Positions 21,902-33,198 of a stretch of DNA of 64,000 nt are shown piece after piece. Under the pieces are notes generated by a model, which was not told the origin of the DNA, made no database searches, and saw only the letters and a list, made by a program, of their open reading frames with translations. How positions within the stretch are numbered: position 1 is the first letter of the stretch; the number at the start of each line of letters is the position of its first letter. A program made the position numbers and the translations under genes. This stretch comes from an uncultured virus (IMG/VR IMGVR_UViG_3300031994_000077) (taxonomy: Duplodnaviria > Heunggongvirae > Uroviricota > Caudoviricetes). The stretch is from IMG/VR virus record IMGVR_UViG_3300031994_000077. The stretch is one strand, 5' to 3'.

Positions 21902-22297
21902 ATCTATTCCTCCCTTTATATATTAATTATATAATAAAAATTAAAAAAAGTCAAGAATTCGGGAATATTTTTACCCGTAAAGAGGTATAATAACAAGACA
22001 TCTTAATAAAATGAAATGCGAAAACTTAATATAAAATTATTTACTCTATTATAAAGGGGGTAGGGTAAAGGGGTAGGTATATAGGGTCGGGAGAATAGGC
22101 GGAGCCCCATCCTATGGGGTGGAGTAATGATTTGGGAGTAGTGCGTCGAATTTTTGCTTTTTGTCAAATATTTGATTGTAATGATTTTTTATTAAAAAAA
22201 TAGGATTTTTAATAAAATGGGGGGCCAACTTAGAGCAAAATTGTATATAAGAATGTTGCTCCAAGTTAGCCCCCCACGACCAATGTCGCATGGGCTA

Positions 22298-24004
22298 TCA
22301 CTACGGTTTTTGCTCTAAGTTAGCGATAACCCTATATTCTTCTTTTATCTTACTTAAATATTGCGGCCATTTGTTTAAGTCTTCCCGCGTAGCTTTATGA
22401 GTTTCTAATGTAATATTATAGTTTGATAGAATAGTACAACAAGTTCTGAATGAAGAAACTAATTTTCTTTTCTTATCTGATATACCCGCTTCTTTGAAAT
22501 CCTCCAGCAGCTCATCTTGCGCGGTACCCTTTAGGGGAATCCCTTCCCACTTCTTTGCTATCTCTTTTACTGCTTCTTTCAAATTGAAATTCCGAATATC
22601 TTCATTATAATTTAGAATTTTCGGCGCGCCGCTAAGGAGGGGGTAGGTGTAGGTTTGCCGCACAGTAGCCTCCGTATCCTCCATGAGGCGGGTATATAAA
22701 TGAAATTCCGCTTCTGTATTTAGGCGGGCGGGTGTATTGGGGATATAAAATGAAATTCCAGTTTCTGGGTCTTGCTTTTTAAGTAAAAATGAAATTGTGG
22801 ATTTTGATGCTTTCTATTCTCCATAGAACTCTGCCAGCGCGGTCTGATTACCATTGTCATACAGCTGCTGGAGGTACTCAAATATTCGTTTCTTGTCAAG
22901 TGTTTGGCGGCGCGCGGATACTGGATTGAAGATAATGTATAGAGAGGATAGGTCGCCACGGAATCGCCCCAGCTTTTGCCGCACCTCCACTTCCGTAAAT
23001 CCTTCTATAATAATATAGTTGATTGGCGTCTTTATAGATATGCCTTCCTATATAGTATCGGTGGCTAATAAAATATCTATGTCGTCTGGCAGTCTTTCAT
23101 AGTTCAGCGCAGCTCGTATGCGCTCTTTGCCTTGCCTTGCGCGCATAGTATCATACAGCTCGCATAGGTCTGCCATAGTAAGTCCCGCGCGACCACCGCT
23201 TAGGTTGATTGCGGCATCCTATGCTTGCTTCTGTTGCGCGACTGTTAGCGCGGCGGTAGTTTCATTTGCCTACGATACTATCATGCCTACGTGCGCGCCC
23301 ATAGCTAACAGCTGGAAGAACCAATCTTTTACATCGCTGGCCCGCTTCAAGAATATAATTCCTTTCTGACCTTGGAGCTTAGCAAGTAAGGTAGATATAA
23401 CATTTGCTACCTTATTGGTTTTTATAAATTGTATCTCCTTTACGAATGTTTGGCTTACATAGTGCGTGAAGTCTGGGAAGAGATATATAAAGTTATAGTC
23501 TCCTGGAAAGTACTGCCGTGACAGCTCGGAGAAGTATTCATCGTTAGCTGTTATGAATATGATGTGCTGGAGGGTGCGCGCCGTCTTAATCCATTCTGCT
23601 ATATACGCGGCATCCTCTGCGAAGCTGGCCTCGCTAAACAGGCCATGACACTCATCTATTACTATCCAGTCATAGGTCGCGCGATTATTACGTAGCATAT
23701 GCATAAAGCCCATTCTCTGGCATACGTCAATGCCATTGATGCGCTCTATATAATCGGTGTAGTTGGTATTCAATTGATTCACCGTAGCGGTGCGGCTCTC
23801 TACTACTAACATAGATTGCGCGTTGCCTAGCTTGCGGCCCAGCTCTTCCTACACAGCTTTCATAATAGAAGAGGTCTTACCTACTCCGGTGCCTCCATTT
23901 AGTACTAAGAAAGTATTATAGTCGGATAGGTCATTATCTTGTATTAGCTTAATTATATCCTCGCTGGCAAATGTATTGCGGCGGGAGAGTGTACGTGTTT
24001 CCAT
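22298..24004 (-). CDS. Superfamily 2 (DExH) helicase-like protein, 568 aa, TAG read-through
   Basis: Walker A GGTGVGKT, DECH, ATDTI*EGISI (motif V) and QKLGRFR (motif VI) in one frame broken only by TAG; ends TAG-TGA. Confidence 0.85.
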
Positions 24005-24234
24005 ATTACTCCTGCGCGCCCACATAAAATGTGCGGGTGGTTGTTTCTTTTTTTGTGTCTGTTCGCGCGTTTCATTTATTGCGCGCGTGTCATATTATTA
24101 TATTCAATAGCAACTTATATATTTTATATCTATATCTATTATTCTAATAAGTTTAGATATTTATTTATCTATTTATCTATCTACTTGTTTGTAGATATAC
24201 ATATACATGTATGCGTACACATATGCATACATTC

Positions 24235-24266
<32 letters not shown>

Positions 24267-24339
24267 CCTATCTCATTTTTATTATACTACAATTTTTAGA
24301 AAAAGTCAAATATATATAAGTGTAGCTGTGGTGTCTGCT

Positions 24340-25030
<691 letters not shown>

Positions 25031-25398
25031 AAAATTCGCCCGCGAATTTTTGGATTCGGAAAATCTTTTTCGTTGTCAAATTCATAGTGTTTTGACTACC
25101 TGTACGATTACAAACTTCCAGCTTGCGAATGGTTGTTCGGAAAAAATTTTTTCGTAGCGAGAATGACTGCCAGAAACGATTTTGTAGTGAGTCAAATATT
25201 TGACAGCTTGCCGCAGCTTCTATATTATCCAGCTTCCAGCTTCCAGCTTGTATATATATTATAATATAACATTTGAGATAAGTCAAGGATATAACAGATG
25301 TTATATAACAGATGTTATATAATGGGCGTCATAATTTAGAGTGTGTTAAATACTTGACAAAAGTGAAAAGTTAGATGTTAAACATCTAACTTTTTGTA

Positions 25399-25426
25399 TT
25401 GACATTTTTTATTTATATAGTATAAT
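25399..25426 (+). promoter_or_regulatory. sigmaA-type promoter of the inverted unit
   Basis: TTGACA-16 bp-TATAAT, 9 bp after the palindrome at 25371. Confidence 0.8.
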
Positions 25427-25449
25427 ACTATTGAAAGTGAGGGATAGAA

Positions 25450-25680
25450 ATGATTAAATTTGAGAATGGCCGCGCATATAAGTATGAACACATGGACTTG
25501 GTTGCGCTCTTTGGGTGCTTGAATACATTAGCTATTATTGCTTGGAATAAGGGCGCTTATGTAGGGTTGCCTGTGAATGTAATCGGATTGATTTATGATT
25601 TGAAAAAAGGTTGCCATATAAATAATGTAGTTATGAGATTGTCATTGATTATTATGAATATTTATTTTCTCACGCTGTGA
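25450..25680 (+). CDS. Small membrane protein (only plus-strand gene in the array)
   Basis: GAGGG RBS, hydrophobic ORF, flanked by two palindromes. Confidence 0.7.
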   Translation: MIKFENGRAYKYEHMDLVALFGCLNTLAIIAWNKGAYVGLPVNVIGLIYDLKKGCHINNVVMRLSLIIMNIYFLTL

Positions 25681-25733
25681 GAGATAAGGGTTAGATGTTA
25701 AACATCTAAAAGAAAATAAGGCGCTTGCGCGCT

Positions 25734-26213
25734 TTATTCATTTGTCAACTCCTTTGCTTCATTTAGTACGAAAGAAATTTCTGTCCATCCTTCTGAGCAA
25801 TTGCCAAGTTCTTTTTTGAATCCTTCAAGTTCAAACTTATTCATCAATAGAGTGCGCATTTCTCCACCCCACCAAGTGCAATGGACTTTCCAGAAATGGC
25901 GGTCTTTCCTTTTGAGATGACGCTTTGCAAGGCTATAATTCCAACCCATACCATTGTCAAAGAAGTAAAGACATTGGTTCTTTTCATCCCATTTAGACAT
26001 ACGTGGGATGTAATAGTTCAGAATCTCGATGGCGCGCTCTTCGCTCCATACTTCTTTGCTGTTGCGCCATTCACGATATTTATTAATTAGAATATCGCCA
26101 ATCCATAAGGGGAACAGAATCACGCGCATAATCTTGTAACCATTCTTGCGCCACCACTTGCGCGCCTTGTGCTCCTTCTTGCCTTGCATTGCCTTGATAA
26201 CTTCATTAGTCAT
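25734..26213 (-). CDS. Hypothetical protein
   Basis: Start reassigned to MTNEVIK after AAGGA RBS; own promoter and terminator. Confidence 0.75.
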   Translation of the reverse strand: MTNEVIKAMQGKKEHKARKWWRKNGYKIMRVILFPLWIGDILINKYREWRNSKEVWSEERAIEILNYYIPRMSKWDEKNQCLYFFDNGMGWNYSLAKRHLKRKDRHFWKVHCTWWGGEMRTLLMNKFELEGFKKELGNCSEGWTEISFVLNEAKELTNE

Positions 26214-26466
26214 TGTTTTTATTTCCTTTCTTTGATGGCATAAGTATATCATATCTTTTAAAGGAAGTCAATAACTAAATTAGATGTTAAACATCTAAGT
26301 ATATATAGAAAATTAAAGGAAGATTAAATATCTTCCTCTTTATTTTTATGCTTAGGCTTTTTCTTGCGCTTATCTGGTATAACCTTTGTTATAGGAGAAA
26401 TAGCACCCCAGTCGCGCCGAATAACTTTATAAGCATCGTAATTTGTTTTCTCCTTTTTCTTCTTCA

Positions 26467-26769
26467 TCATAACTCCTCCCATTCTTCCCAGTTCTCACAA
26501 CCGCAAGCACTACACCAATCATCACAATCTGCGAAGGGATCATCAATATGGCAGACGCCGTTTTTATAATAGGGGCAATCTAAACCATTCACAGGACAAT
26601 AGGTTGTTTGTCCTTTATAAGTCCCTGCTTCGGCATCTCGAATCTGTTTGAATTTTTCTTCTTGAATCTGCTTGCTGAGGGCGTTCATGTTAGCGCAAAG
26701 TCTTTCAAATAACGTCATATACTCGTTATACTGTTTTTCTAACCGTTCAAGTGTTGTCATTTTATCCAA
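26467..26769 (-). CDS. Hypothetical protein with Cys-rich C-terminus
   Basis: Intact ORF with own promoter near 26790-26820. Confidence 0.7.
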   Translation of the reverse strand: MDKMTTLERLEKQYNEYMTLFERLCANMNALSKQIQEEKFKQIRDAEAGTYKGQTTYCPVNGLDCPYYKNGVCHIDDPFADCDDWCSACGCENWEEWEEL

Positions 26770-26799
26770 CCCCTTCTCTTTTATACCTATATTATATCA

Positions 26800-26940
26800 T
26801 TAATGATGCAACTTGTCAAGTACAAATTTAATTTTTCTCACTTTCTCATTTGCTTCATACCATTCGCCTTCCGTGCGCGCAAGGCTCCGCGCGCGAATAG
26901 CCTTGACATAAGCAAGAAAGAATCTCTGATAAGCTGTCAT
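26800..26940 (-). CDS. Small hypothetical protein
   Basis: Start reassigned to MTAYQ after AGGAG RBS. Confidence 0.6.
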   Translation of the reverse strand: MTAYQRFFLAYVKAIRARSLARTEGEWYEANEKVRKIKFVLDKLHH

Positions 26941-27046
26941 GTTTATCACTCCTTTTACTATGGCAAGTATATCATAGTATAGGGAAAAAGTCAATCAGGC
27001 GTATTAGATGTTTAACATCTAATATCTTGAAATGAAAAAAAAGGGC

Positions 27047-27376
27047 TTACGCCCTCTTGTAAGTATTCGGCTTGCCCTCAATCTTTACGACCTCGGACGC
27101 CCACAACTTAGTCACGCCATACTGTACGCGACCGCGCCCGAATCCGTCAGGCAGTTCATCCTTTACCGCGTCATACAGTTCCGCGATAGTCACGGGGGTA
27201 TCAGACAGCGCACCAATGATGATGTCGTGAACAGCGGTGTACTCTGCATCCTTCGCGGCTTTCTGCTCAGCACCGCGATTGATGTCAGCATCCAGTTCCG
27301 CAAGAATAGCGTCCTTGTTCTCAAAGTCGATGTTAGACAGGGCGGCGGCGATAGCGATCATGGTGTTCTTCTTCAT
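27047..27376 (-). CDS. Array family A protein (coiled coil plus winged-helix-like C-terminus)
   Basis: T..ELY..VKD.LP..F...VQ...K.N.Y motif shared by four genes; leader hairpin upstream. Confidence 0.8.
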   Translation of the reverse strand: MKKNTMIAIAAALSNIDFENKDAILAELDADINRGAEQKAAKDAEYTAVHDIIIGALSDTPVTIAELYDAVKDELPDGFGRGRVQYGVTKLWASEVVKIEGKPNTYKRA

Positions 27377-27625
27377 ACTAATAACCTTTCTGGTTTTTAG
27401 GTCTTTTCCTTGACCTCTTTTGTGCCTTTATTATATCATAGGTTCAGCGGTCTGTCAAGTGGTTTTTGAAAAAACTTTTTAAGTTTTTTTCAAATTTTCC
27501 GTTCTTGGCATCTCGTCCTTGCCCCTCGTGACAATTATTATTATACTCAGATTTTAGGAAAAATCAAGTCTTAGTATTAGATGTTAAACATCTAAGTGTT
27601 TGAAAAAGAAAATGCCCCGAAGGGC

Positions 27626-27898
27626 TTATTCAAGATGAACAGTTACTGGAGAAATGTAACAAAAATTTTTAATACACCATTTAACCCAAGTTTCATAATG
27701 AGCTTTTGTCCAACCAGATTCTTTTTCATAAACTTCCATATTGTCACTATTTACATATTCACTATAATAATCATTTTTATGCGCTATGGCATACTCATAA
27801 ATAGTTTTTTCTGCAAGTTCTTTGTTCTTAAAAACTTCTCCATCAAAGCAAGAGAAACGAGAGTCCTCAGAATCCCATTTAACAATTACATATTCCAT
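27626..27898 (-). CDS. Hypothetical protein
   Basis: Start at MEYVIV after AAGGA. Confidence 0.65.
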   Translation of the reverse strand: MEYVIVKWDSEDSRFSCFDGEVFKNKELAEKTIYEYAIAHKNDYYSEYVNSDNMEVYEKESGWTKAHYETWVKWCIKNFCYISPVTVHLE

Positions 27899-28027
27899 TT
27901 TTATTTCATCCTTTCTTTTTTCTTTTTGTATATGTAGTATATTAGATTTTAGGATAAAAGTCAAGATAATCTATTAGATGTTTAACATCTAATATTGGTA
28001 AGAAAAATCGCCCCGAAGGGCGATGGA

Positions 28028-28432
28028 TTAGGCAAGGCGGTAGTGGTTCGGGCAATTCTTCTTTTCCGTGATAATCACGTTCGGCTTCATCTCGCGCAGA
28101 AGAACGGCCTGCACCTTGTTCGCGGTAAAGTTATCGGGAAGATTATCCTTTGCGCGCTCGTAAATCTCAACGGCGGTATAATCATCGTTGACGCTCATGG
28201 CATCGGTAAGAATCGGGATAACAGTCTCCATCAGCAGAGCGCGGGCTTTCTGATTCTTCTCACGGCGCACCGCGTTCTCCTTGTCCTTCTGGGCCTGCGA
28301 CTTCTCCCAACGAGGGGCTTCCGCGCGCTTCTTCAAAGTATCACGCAGAGCAGTAAGGCGCTCGATAGTCTCGGCGGTCAGGTTGTTGTTGATAGCGTTC
28401 TCGATAGCGGTAACATAGGTCATCTTCTTCAT
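28028..28432 (-). CDS. Array family A protein
   Basis: TAVEIYERAKDNLPDNFTANKVQ...PNHYRL. Confidence 0.8.
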   Translation of the reverse strand: MKKMTYVTAIENAINNNLTAETIERLTALRDTLKKRAEAPRWEKSQAQKDKENAVRREKNQKARALLMETVIPILTDAMSVNDDYTAVEIYERAKDNLPDNFTANKVQAVLLREMKPNVIITEKKNCPNHYRLA

Positions 28433-28690
28433 AACTTTTATCCTTTCTGGTTTGTGGAGTGTCCTTCTCCTTTGATGGTCTTATTGTATCATAGTTTCGG
28501 GAAATTGTCAAGGGTTTTTCAAAAGTTTTTTTATGTTTTTTCGGGGACTTGCAAGTGAGGTTTTCGTATTGCGCCTATCCTATCGCATTACTGCGTGTCT
28601 GTGCATGGCACTTTATTTTCCTCTCCCCGTGAAACATCTTGATTATATCATAGTTTTAGGAAAGTGTCAAGTGATTTTTTTATTAAGTTT

Positions 28691-28777
28691 TTGTTACAAG
28701 GGAGAGCAGTCGTTACTTTTTTTACTGACCTCACGGGAGCGCCTTTATAGAGGACTCTTCGCTCTCCCTTGGAACAA
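28691..28777 (-). ncRNA. Candidate small structured RNA
   Basis: Directly downstream of a palindrome-linked promoter, no ORF; closed by CAAGGGAGAGC/GCTCTCCCTTG. Confidence 0.4.
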
Positions 28778-29032
28778 TTATAGTATAGCATAAGAGGATG
28801 GAAAAGTCAACCATTTGATATTAGATGTTTAACATCTAATATATAAAAGAAGGAAGAATATTATTCTTCCTTCTTATTCAATTTTTCAAGTTCTCTAATT
28901 TTTCTAAAACACTCATATACACCATAGACATCATTTTCTGCGAGGCACTTTTTCAATTTCTTCTCATAGTAACGGATTGAACGCACTTCACCCTTTTTCA
29001 TTTCTTTTTATCTCCTCTCTAAGTAAGCTAAG

Positions 29033-29215
29033 TTATTTATATTTATTTCTATTTAGGTCAACATCGCACCAGAGGATGAGGTCTCCGTATGGGCTTATAT
29101 AAAATTCATCTTCTGGCGTTTCATTCAAATAATTATATTCACTTTCAGAATATATGGCGACTTTTGCATCCTGTGGGTACTCTTTAAGTTTTTCTCTTAA
29201 TTCTTTTACTGTCAT
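29033..29215 (-). CDS. Small hypothetical protein (MTVKEL family)
   Basis: Similar N-terminus to 29249..29389. Confidence 0.65.
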   Translation of the reverse strand: MTVKELREKLKEYPQDAKVAIYSESEYNYLNETPEDEFYISPYGDLILWCDVDLNRNKYK

Positions 29216-29248
29216 TTTATTTGGCTCCTCTTTTATTATATACTTTTT

Positions 29249-29389
29249 TTAACTGATAGAAACAATATTATTATTAGAATTGATTGTAACTTCTTCAACA
29301 TCAATCAGCGGGCCGCCATCGCCTTGAATCATTACCGTAGCGTTAGAGGGAAACTGTTCAAGATACTGAACTAATTCTGTAACTGTCAT
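29249..29389 (-). CDS. Small hypothetical protein (MTVTEL family)
   Basis: MTVTELVQYLEQFPSNATV with GAGGAG RBS; below the track cutoff. Confidence 0.6.
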   Translation of the reverse strand: MTVTELVQYLEQFPSNATVMIQGDGGPLIDVEEVTINSNNNIVSIS

Positions 29390-29714
29390 TTTCTTATCTC
29401 CTCTCTTGTTGTGGCTTTATTATATCATTTATTGTAATCATTGTCAACTATTCTTTTATAAAAATTTTTTTCATCTTCTGACATTTCATCATATCGTTTA
29501 CGAGCATCTGGATCGGCGTAAGGATAGTAAATATAACCAACGGCAATCAAAGCGGCTTCAAAATCAATCTCATTTTTAATTTGATATTTGTCCTTTTCCA
29601 TATTTATTTCTCTCCTTTCTTGTTGTGACTGTATTATAGCATTTTATGGGAAGAAAGTCAAGAGCGAATAATTAGATGTTAAACATCTAATTTGTTTTTA
29701 AAATTAAAGAGGGA

Positions 29715-30467
29715 TTAAAATCCCTCAGTAAAGTTGTACGTGTCATTTCTTACATACTTTTTACAATACATCCCTTGATGAATAACTTGCCCGTTGATTT
29801 TAATGGTATACGGTTTCATCTGCGGTCGTGTAAGAATTTTTACAACCTTATAATCTGTTCCTTCTTCCGCTCCGCACATAGCAAAGCAATACTGCAAAAT
29901 TTTTGTTTCAATATCTACATCATACGCGCCCATGTGTTCTTCATTAAAATCGGTATCATTCATCAAGAATCTGTAAACATTTTCCGCGCTTCCTGAATAG
30001 TTGCCCGAATCAGTAAACAATTCATTATCTTCACAAAATTGCTTATACTCAGGGGCGCAAGTGATAAACTCACTGGCATAGCCCCAAATATCGTGAATTG
30101 GAATATTTTCAAGGGGGTTATTGCACTTGAACCAATCACAATTAAAGGTAAAAACTTTATCATCAAATGCGCTATTATAGGCATAAGCGTCTGTCACTTC
30201 ATACTGCTTAATATCCCGATACATTGCGCGCATAATGTATCCCCATTTGTCCATAACGGCTTTCTTGCTTCTCATAAGCTGGATATATAGAGGGCGCTTT
30301 TCCTTATAATAGGCACTCTCAAACAGAGGGAGATTATGCCAAACTTGCTCGACAACAAAGTGCTTGCGCGTTACTTCTTCGCCGTCTTTGATAATCTTAT
30401 AGCCGAGGTCATAGCAGAACGGGCGGTCAAGAGAGGTAGTTTCAGTATCAAATACAAGGTAGGACAT
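29715..30467 (-). CDS. DEDD (DnaQ-like) 3'-5' exonuclease
   Basis: FDTETT, AYNSAFD and EEHMGAYDV motifs. Confidence 0.85.
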   Translation of the reverse strand: MSYLVFDTETTSLDRPFCYDLGYKIIKDGEEVTRKHFVVEQVWHNLPLFESAYYKEKRPLYIQLMRSKKAVMDKWGYIMRAMYRDIKQYEVTDAYAYNSAFDDKVFTFNCDWFKCNNPLENIPIHDIWGYASEFITCAPEYKQFCEDNELFTDSGNYSGSAENVYRFLMNDTDFNEEHMGAYDVDIETKILQYCFAMCGAEEGTDYKVVKILTRPQMKPYTIKINGQVIHQGMYCKKYVRNDTYNFTEGF

Positions 30468-30587
30468 TTTAAAAATTCCTTTCTGGTTTTTTAGTGTTTT
30501 CCTTCACTTCATGGCTATATTATACTATGAATTAGAAAAAAGTCAATAAGAATATTTAGATGTTAAACATCTAATATAGTTAATAGG

Positions 30588-30941
30588 TTAGTTTGCGCTA
30601 ACCCATTCATCACTATCATAATCATACTTATATAAACCAACTTTATTTGGCGGGAAAATCAGACCCAAATTATCACGAATAAAAGTAATGAAATCATCAG
30701 ACAATTCGGCATTGATATTTATATATAAACTTTGCTTATAAGCTAAATTAAACCATGCCATTGTCCCTTCAATGTTAAGGCCATCAGGGCAAAACATTGG
30801 ACGTTTCATCATATCCAATAAAAGTACATGATTCTTGAATTCATCCATTAAGGATACAGCGCGGCTCTCATACTCTTTACACTCTTTGAGAGAATCAAAT
30901 CTTTCGCCATCATAAGCAATATAAATTACTTCAACCTTCAT
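30588..30941 (-). CDS. Hypothetical protein
   Basis: YIAYDGERFDSLKECKEYE N-terminus; GAGGAG RBS. Confidence 0.7.
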   Translation of the reverse strand: MKVEVIYIAYDGERFDSLKECKEYESRAVSLMDEFKNHVLLLDMMKRPMFCPDGLNIEGTMAWFNLAYKQSLYININAELSDDFITFIRDNLGLIFPPNKVGLYKYDYDSDEWVSAN

Positions 30942-30995
30942 AATAATTAGCTCCTCTGATTTTATATAAGACGTACAACGCCTTATTCTTTCATG

Positions 30996-31304
30996 TTAAT
31001 TAAGTAAGATAATGCCAGATTTATAGCCTAGACCATAAAGATTGTTAAGTGCTTCAAGGCAGTCGCGTTTGTAAGTGAAATAATAGAAGCGGACATTATG
31101 CTCAGTAATGTATCCAAGAAAGTTACAATCATAATCTAATATAGAAGAATCTTCTGTTCTGCCCGCGAAGGCAATCCTTTTCCCGCGCTTACCGTTTTCA
31201 ATTCTAATCATGTAATTACGCTTGCCATTAACAATCTTGCTCCCTAACTGCTCAGTAACTATCACATCATTAAGCGCGCGGCCCATTTCTTTTAAAGTCA
31301 TCAT
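30996..31304 (-). CDS. Array family C protein
   Basis: SKIVNGKRNYMIRI...YFTYKRD shared with 38058..38336. Confidence 0.7.
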   Translation of the reverse strand: MMTLKEMGRALNDVIVTEQLGSKIVNGKRNYMIRIENGKRGKRIAFAGRTEDSSILDYDCNFLGYITEHNVRFYYFTYKRDCLEALNNLYGLGYKSGIILLN

Positions 31305-31432
31305 TTTTTTATCCCTCTTTCTTTTGTTATTGGTTTCTTTTGATGGTGTTATTATATTACAGATTAGGGGAAAATGCAAGAGTTAGAGTTAGATGTTTAA
31401 CATCTAATATTTGCTAAAAGAAAAGAGAGGGC

Positions 31433-31723
31433 TTACGCCTTCTCCTTCGCCCTCTCTTTCTCGGCTTTCTTCTCTGCCTTGATGCGCTTATCTTCCTGCC
31501 ACGCTGCCGCGGCTTCGTAGGGGTCAAACGCGGGAGAAATCTTTGTTGCCTTGTTTGCCTTAGTCTTTACGGAAATCTCCGTCCAAAACTCTTCGCCCTC
31601 TACATTCTGCAAGATGGCGAAAGAGTTATCAGCAAACTGAACGGCTTCGTTCTCTTCGAGGATGGACATAATCAGGTTCAGGGTGTTCGCGCGGGCAACG
31701 TTCTTTCTTTCGGTAGTAGTCAT
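31433..31723 (-). CDS. Array family B protein (Lys/Ala-rich C-terminus)
   Basis: Start reassigned to MTTTERK after the CCAGAAAGG leader; similar to 34709..35116. Confidence 0.75.
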   Translation of the reverse strand: MTTTERKNVARANTLNLIMSILEENEAVQFADNSFAILQNVEGEEFWTEISVKTKANKATKISPAFDPYEAAAAWQEDKRIKAEKKAEKERAKEKA

Positions 31724-32045
31724 ATTATTTTGTCCTTTCTGGTTTAATGGGTTTTCCTTCCCTTTGATGATGTTATTATAGCATGGTTTCGGGAGATTGT
31801 CAAGCACTTTTTTGAGAAATTTGCAACTTTTTTCGTAGCAGGAAAAGTTGCGGAAACCTGTCCGCTTCATGCCCTGAGACGACAGGCAATTCACGGCAAC
31901 CCTTCTACTTATCATCTCCTTCGGTTCGTCCCTTCATCTGACATACATAGTATACTATAATTTTTGAAGAAAGTCAATTATTGAAATTAGATGTTAAACA
32001 TCTAATTTATTTTATGCAAAAAAGAAAACCACCCGAAGGCGGTAA

Positions 32046-32163
32046 TGGTGGAGAGTGGGAGAATTGAACTCCATCCCTCATGGGACGACCCCCTTTTGCA
32101 TGGGTCTACGCAATCATCTTTCGATTTACCGCGGTGGCTCCCCTGATGCCACGTTCACTCCCC
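32046..32163 (-). ncRNA. Non-canonical tRNA-like RNA, 118 nt, CCA end, G3-U70 and A73
   Basis: 5' GGGGAGTG pairs with CACTCTCC-ACCA 3'; T-arm GGAG-TTCAATT-CTCC; four internal hairpins; followed by a terminator near 32018-32044. Confidence 0.7.
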
Positions 32164-32178
32164 ATAAAAGGGAAGGGC

Positions 32179-32574
32179 TTACGCCCCTTCCTTCAAGCGG
32201 TAGGTATTCGCCTTGCCCTTAGTCTCGATAATGTCCAGTTCGTCACGCATCTCACGCAGGAGAACGTTCTGAACCTTCGCAACCGAGAAGTCCTCGGGCA
32301 GTTCATTCTGAACCATTCCAAACAGTTCCTTCACGGTTACACCCTGCAACGTGTGGGACAGACCCTCGCGCAGGATGGGCGCAACCTTAGCAACGAGTTC
32401 GGCACGAGCGGCGGCAGTCTTAGCCTTGCGCGCAGAGTTCGCGGCTTCCTTCTGCTCAGGCGTGCGCGTGCGCTTCTGGTCAAGCTGGGCAATCATGGCT
32501 TTAATCACGGTCTTAGCATCGGTATCATCAGCCATGGTAGAGAGGGCGAGGGTGAGAGCATCTTTCTTAGTCAT
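32179..32574 (-). CDS. Array family A protein
   Basis: TVKELFGMVQNELPEDFSVAKVQ...ANTYRL. Confidence 0.8.
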   Translation of the reverse strand: MTKKDALTLALSTMADDTDAKTVIKAMIAQLDQKRTRTPEQKEAANSARKAKTAAARAELVAKVAPILREGLSHTLQGVTVKELFGMVQNELPEDFSVAKVQNVLLREMRDELDIIETKGKANTYRLKEGA

Positions 32575-32832
32575 ATCATTTACCTTTCTGGTTTGTTGAG
32601 GTTTTCCTTCCTCTGTTGTGTCCTTATTTTATCATGGACTTTGAATTTTGTCAAGAGGTTTTTCAAACTTTTTTTTGATTTTTTTCAATCATGGCGTTTC
32701 CTCTTGCTTGTGTCATGCCGGTGTGCTGTTCGCTCCTGACATTGTTTATTATACTCATTTTAGAGAAAAGTGCAAGAGGAGGGATTAGATGTTTAACATC
32801 TAACTATATAACAGGCACGAAGCCTGTCAGTC

Positions 32833-33018
32833 TTAATAATATTTTGTAGTATGGATATATTTCCCGTCTTGTGTAAAGATTAGTTTACGGGACGCTAATT
32901 CTAATGCGGGATAAATTGGAGCAGGCGTGTCGTGTTCTTCATCATCAATATATTGATCTTCGTATTCAGTTTCTTTTGCATCCCATAAAATACTTTTAAG
33001 AATTTCATAATCAGTCAT
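32833..33018 (-). CDS. Hypothetical protein
   Basis: Intact ORF with RBS. Confidence 0.6.
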   Translation of the reverse strand: MTDYEILKSILWDAKETEYEDQYIDDEEHDTPAPIYPALELASRKLIFTQDGKYIHTTKYY

Positions 33019-33023
33019 GATTT

Positions 33024-33179
33024 TTATTTCCTTTCATTATTAAGAACTTTTAATTCTTCATAGGAAGTCTTTTTTATAACTCGTCTAATGGTCGAAGTAT
33101 AAAGACCGCAATGATTAAGCAAAAAACAGATAAGACAATTGATAATACGATCTCGAATATCAAGATAAATACTATACAT
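33024..33179 (-). CDS. Hypothetical protein
   Basis: Start at MYSIY after AGGAG. Confidence 0.55.
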   Translation of the reverse strand: MYSIYLDIRDRIINCLICFLLNHCGLYTSTIRRVIKKTSYEELKVLNNERK

Positions 33180-33198
33180 ATTTTTCTCTCCTTTGCTT

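Noticed and set aside
25371..25389. Xer/dif site (ATGTTAAA resembles a XerD arm)
   Set aside because: It lacks the 11-6-11 two-arm dif layout; the site is a 9-1-9 perfect palindrome.
32046..32163. Amber suppressor tRNA or full tmRNA
   Set aside because: There is no CUA anticodon loop, and it is too short to hold a tmRNA tag-reading frame and pseudoknots.
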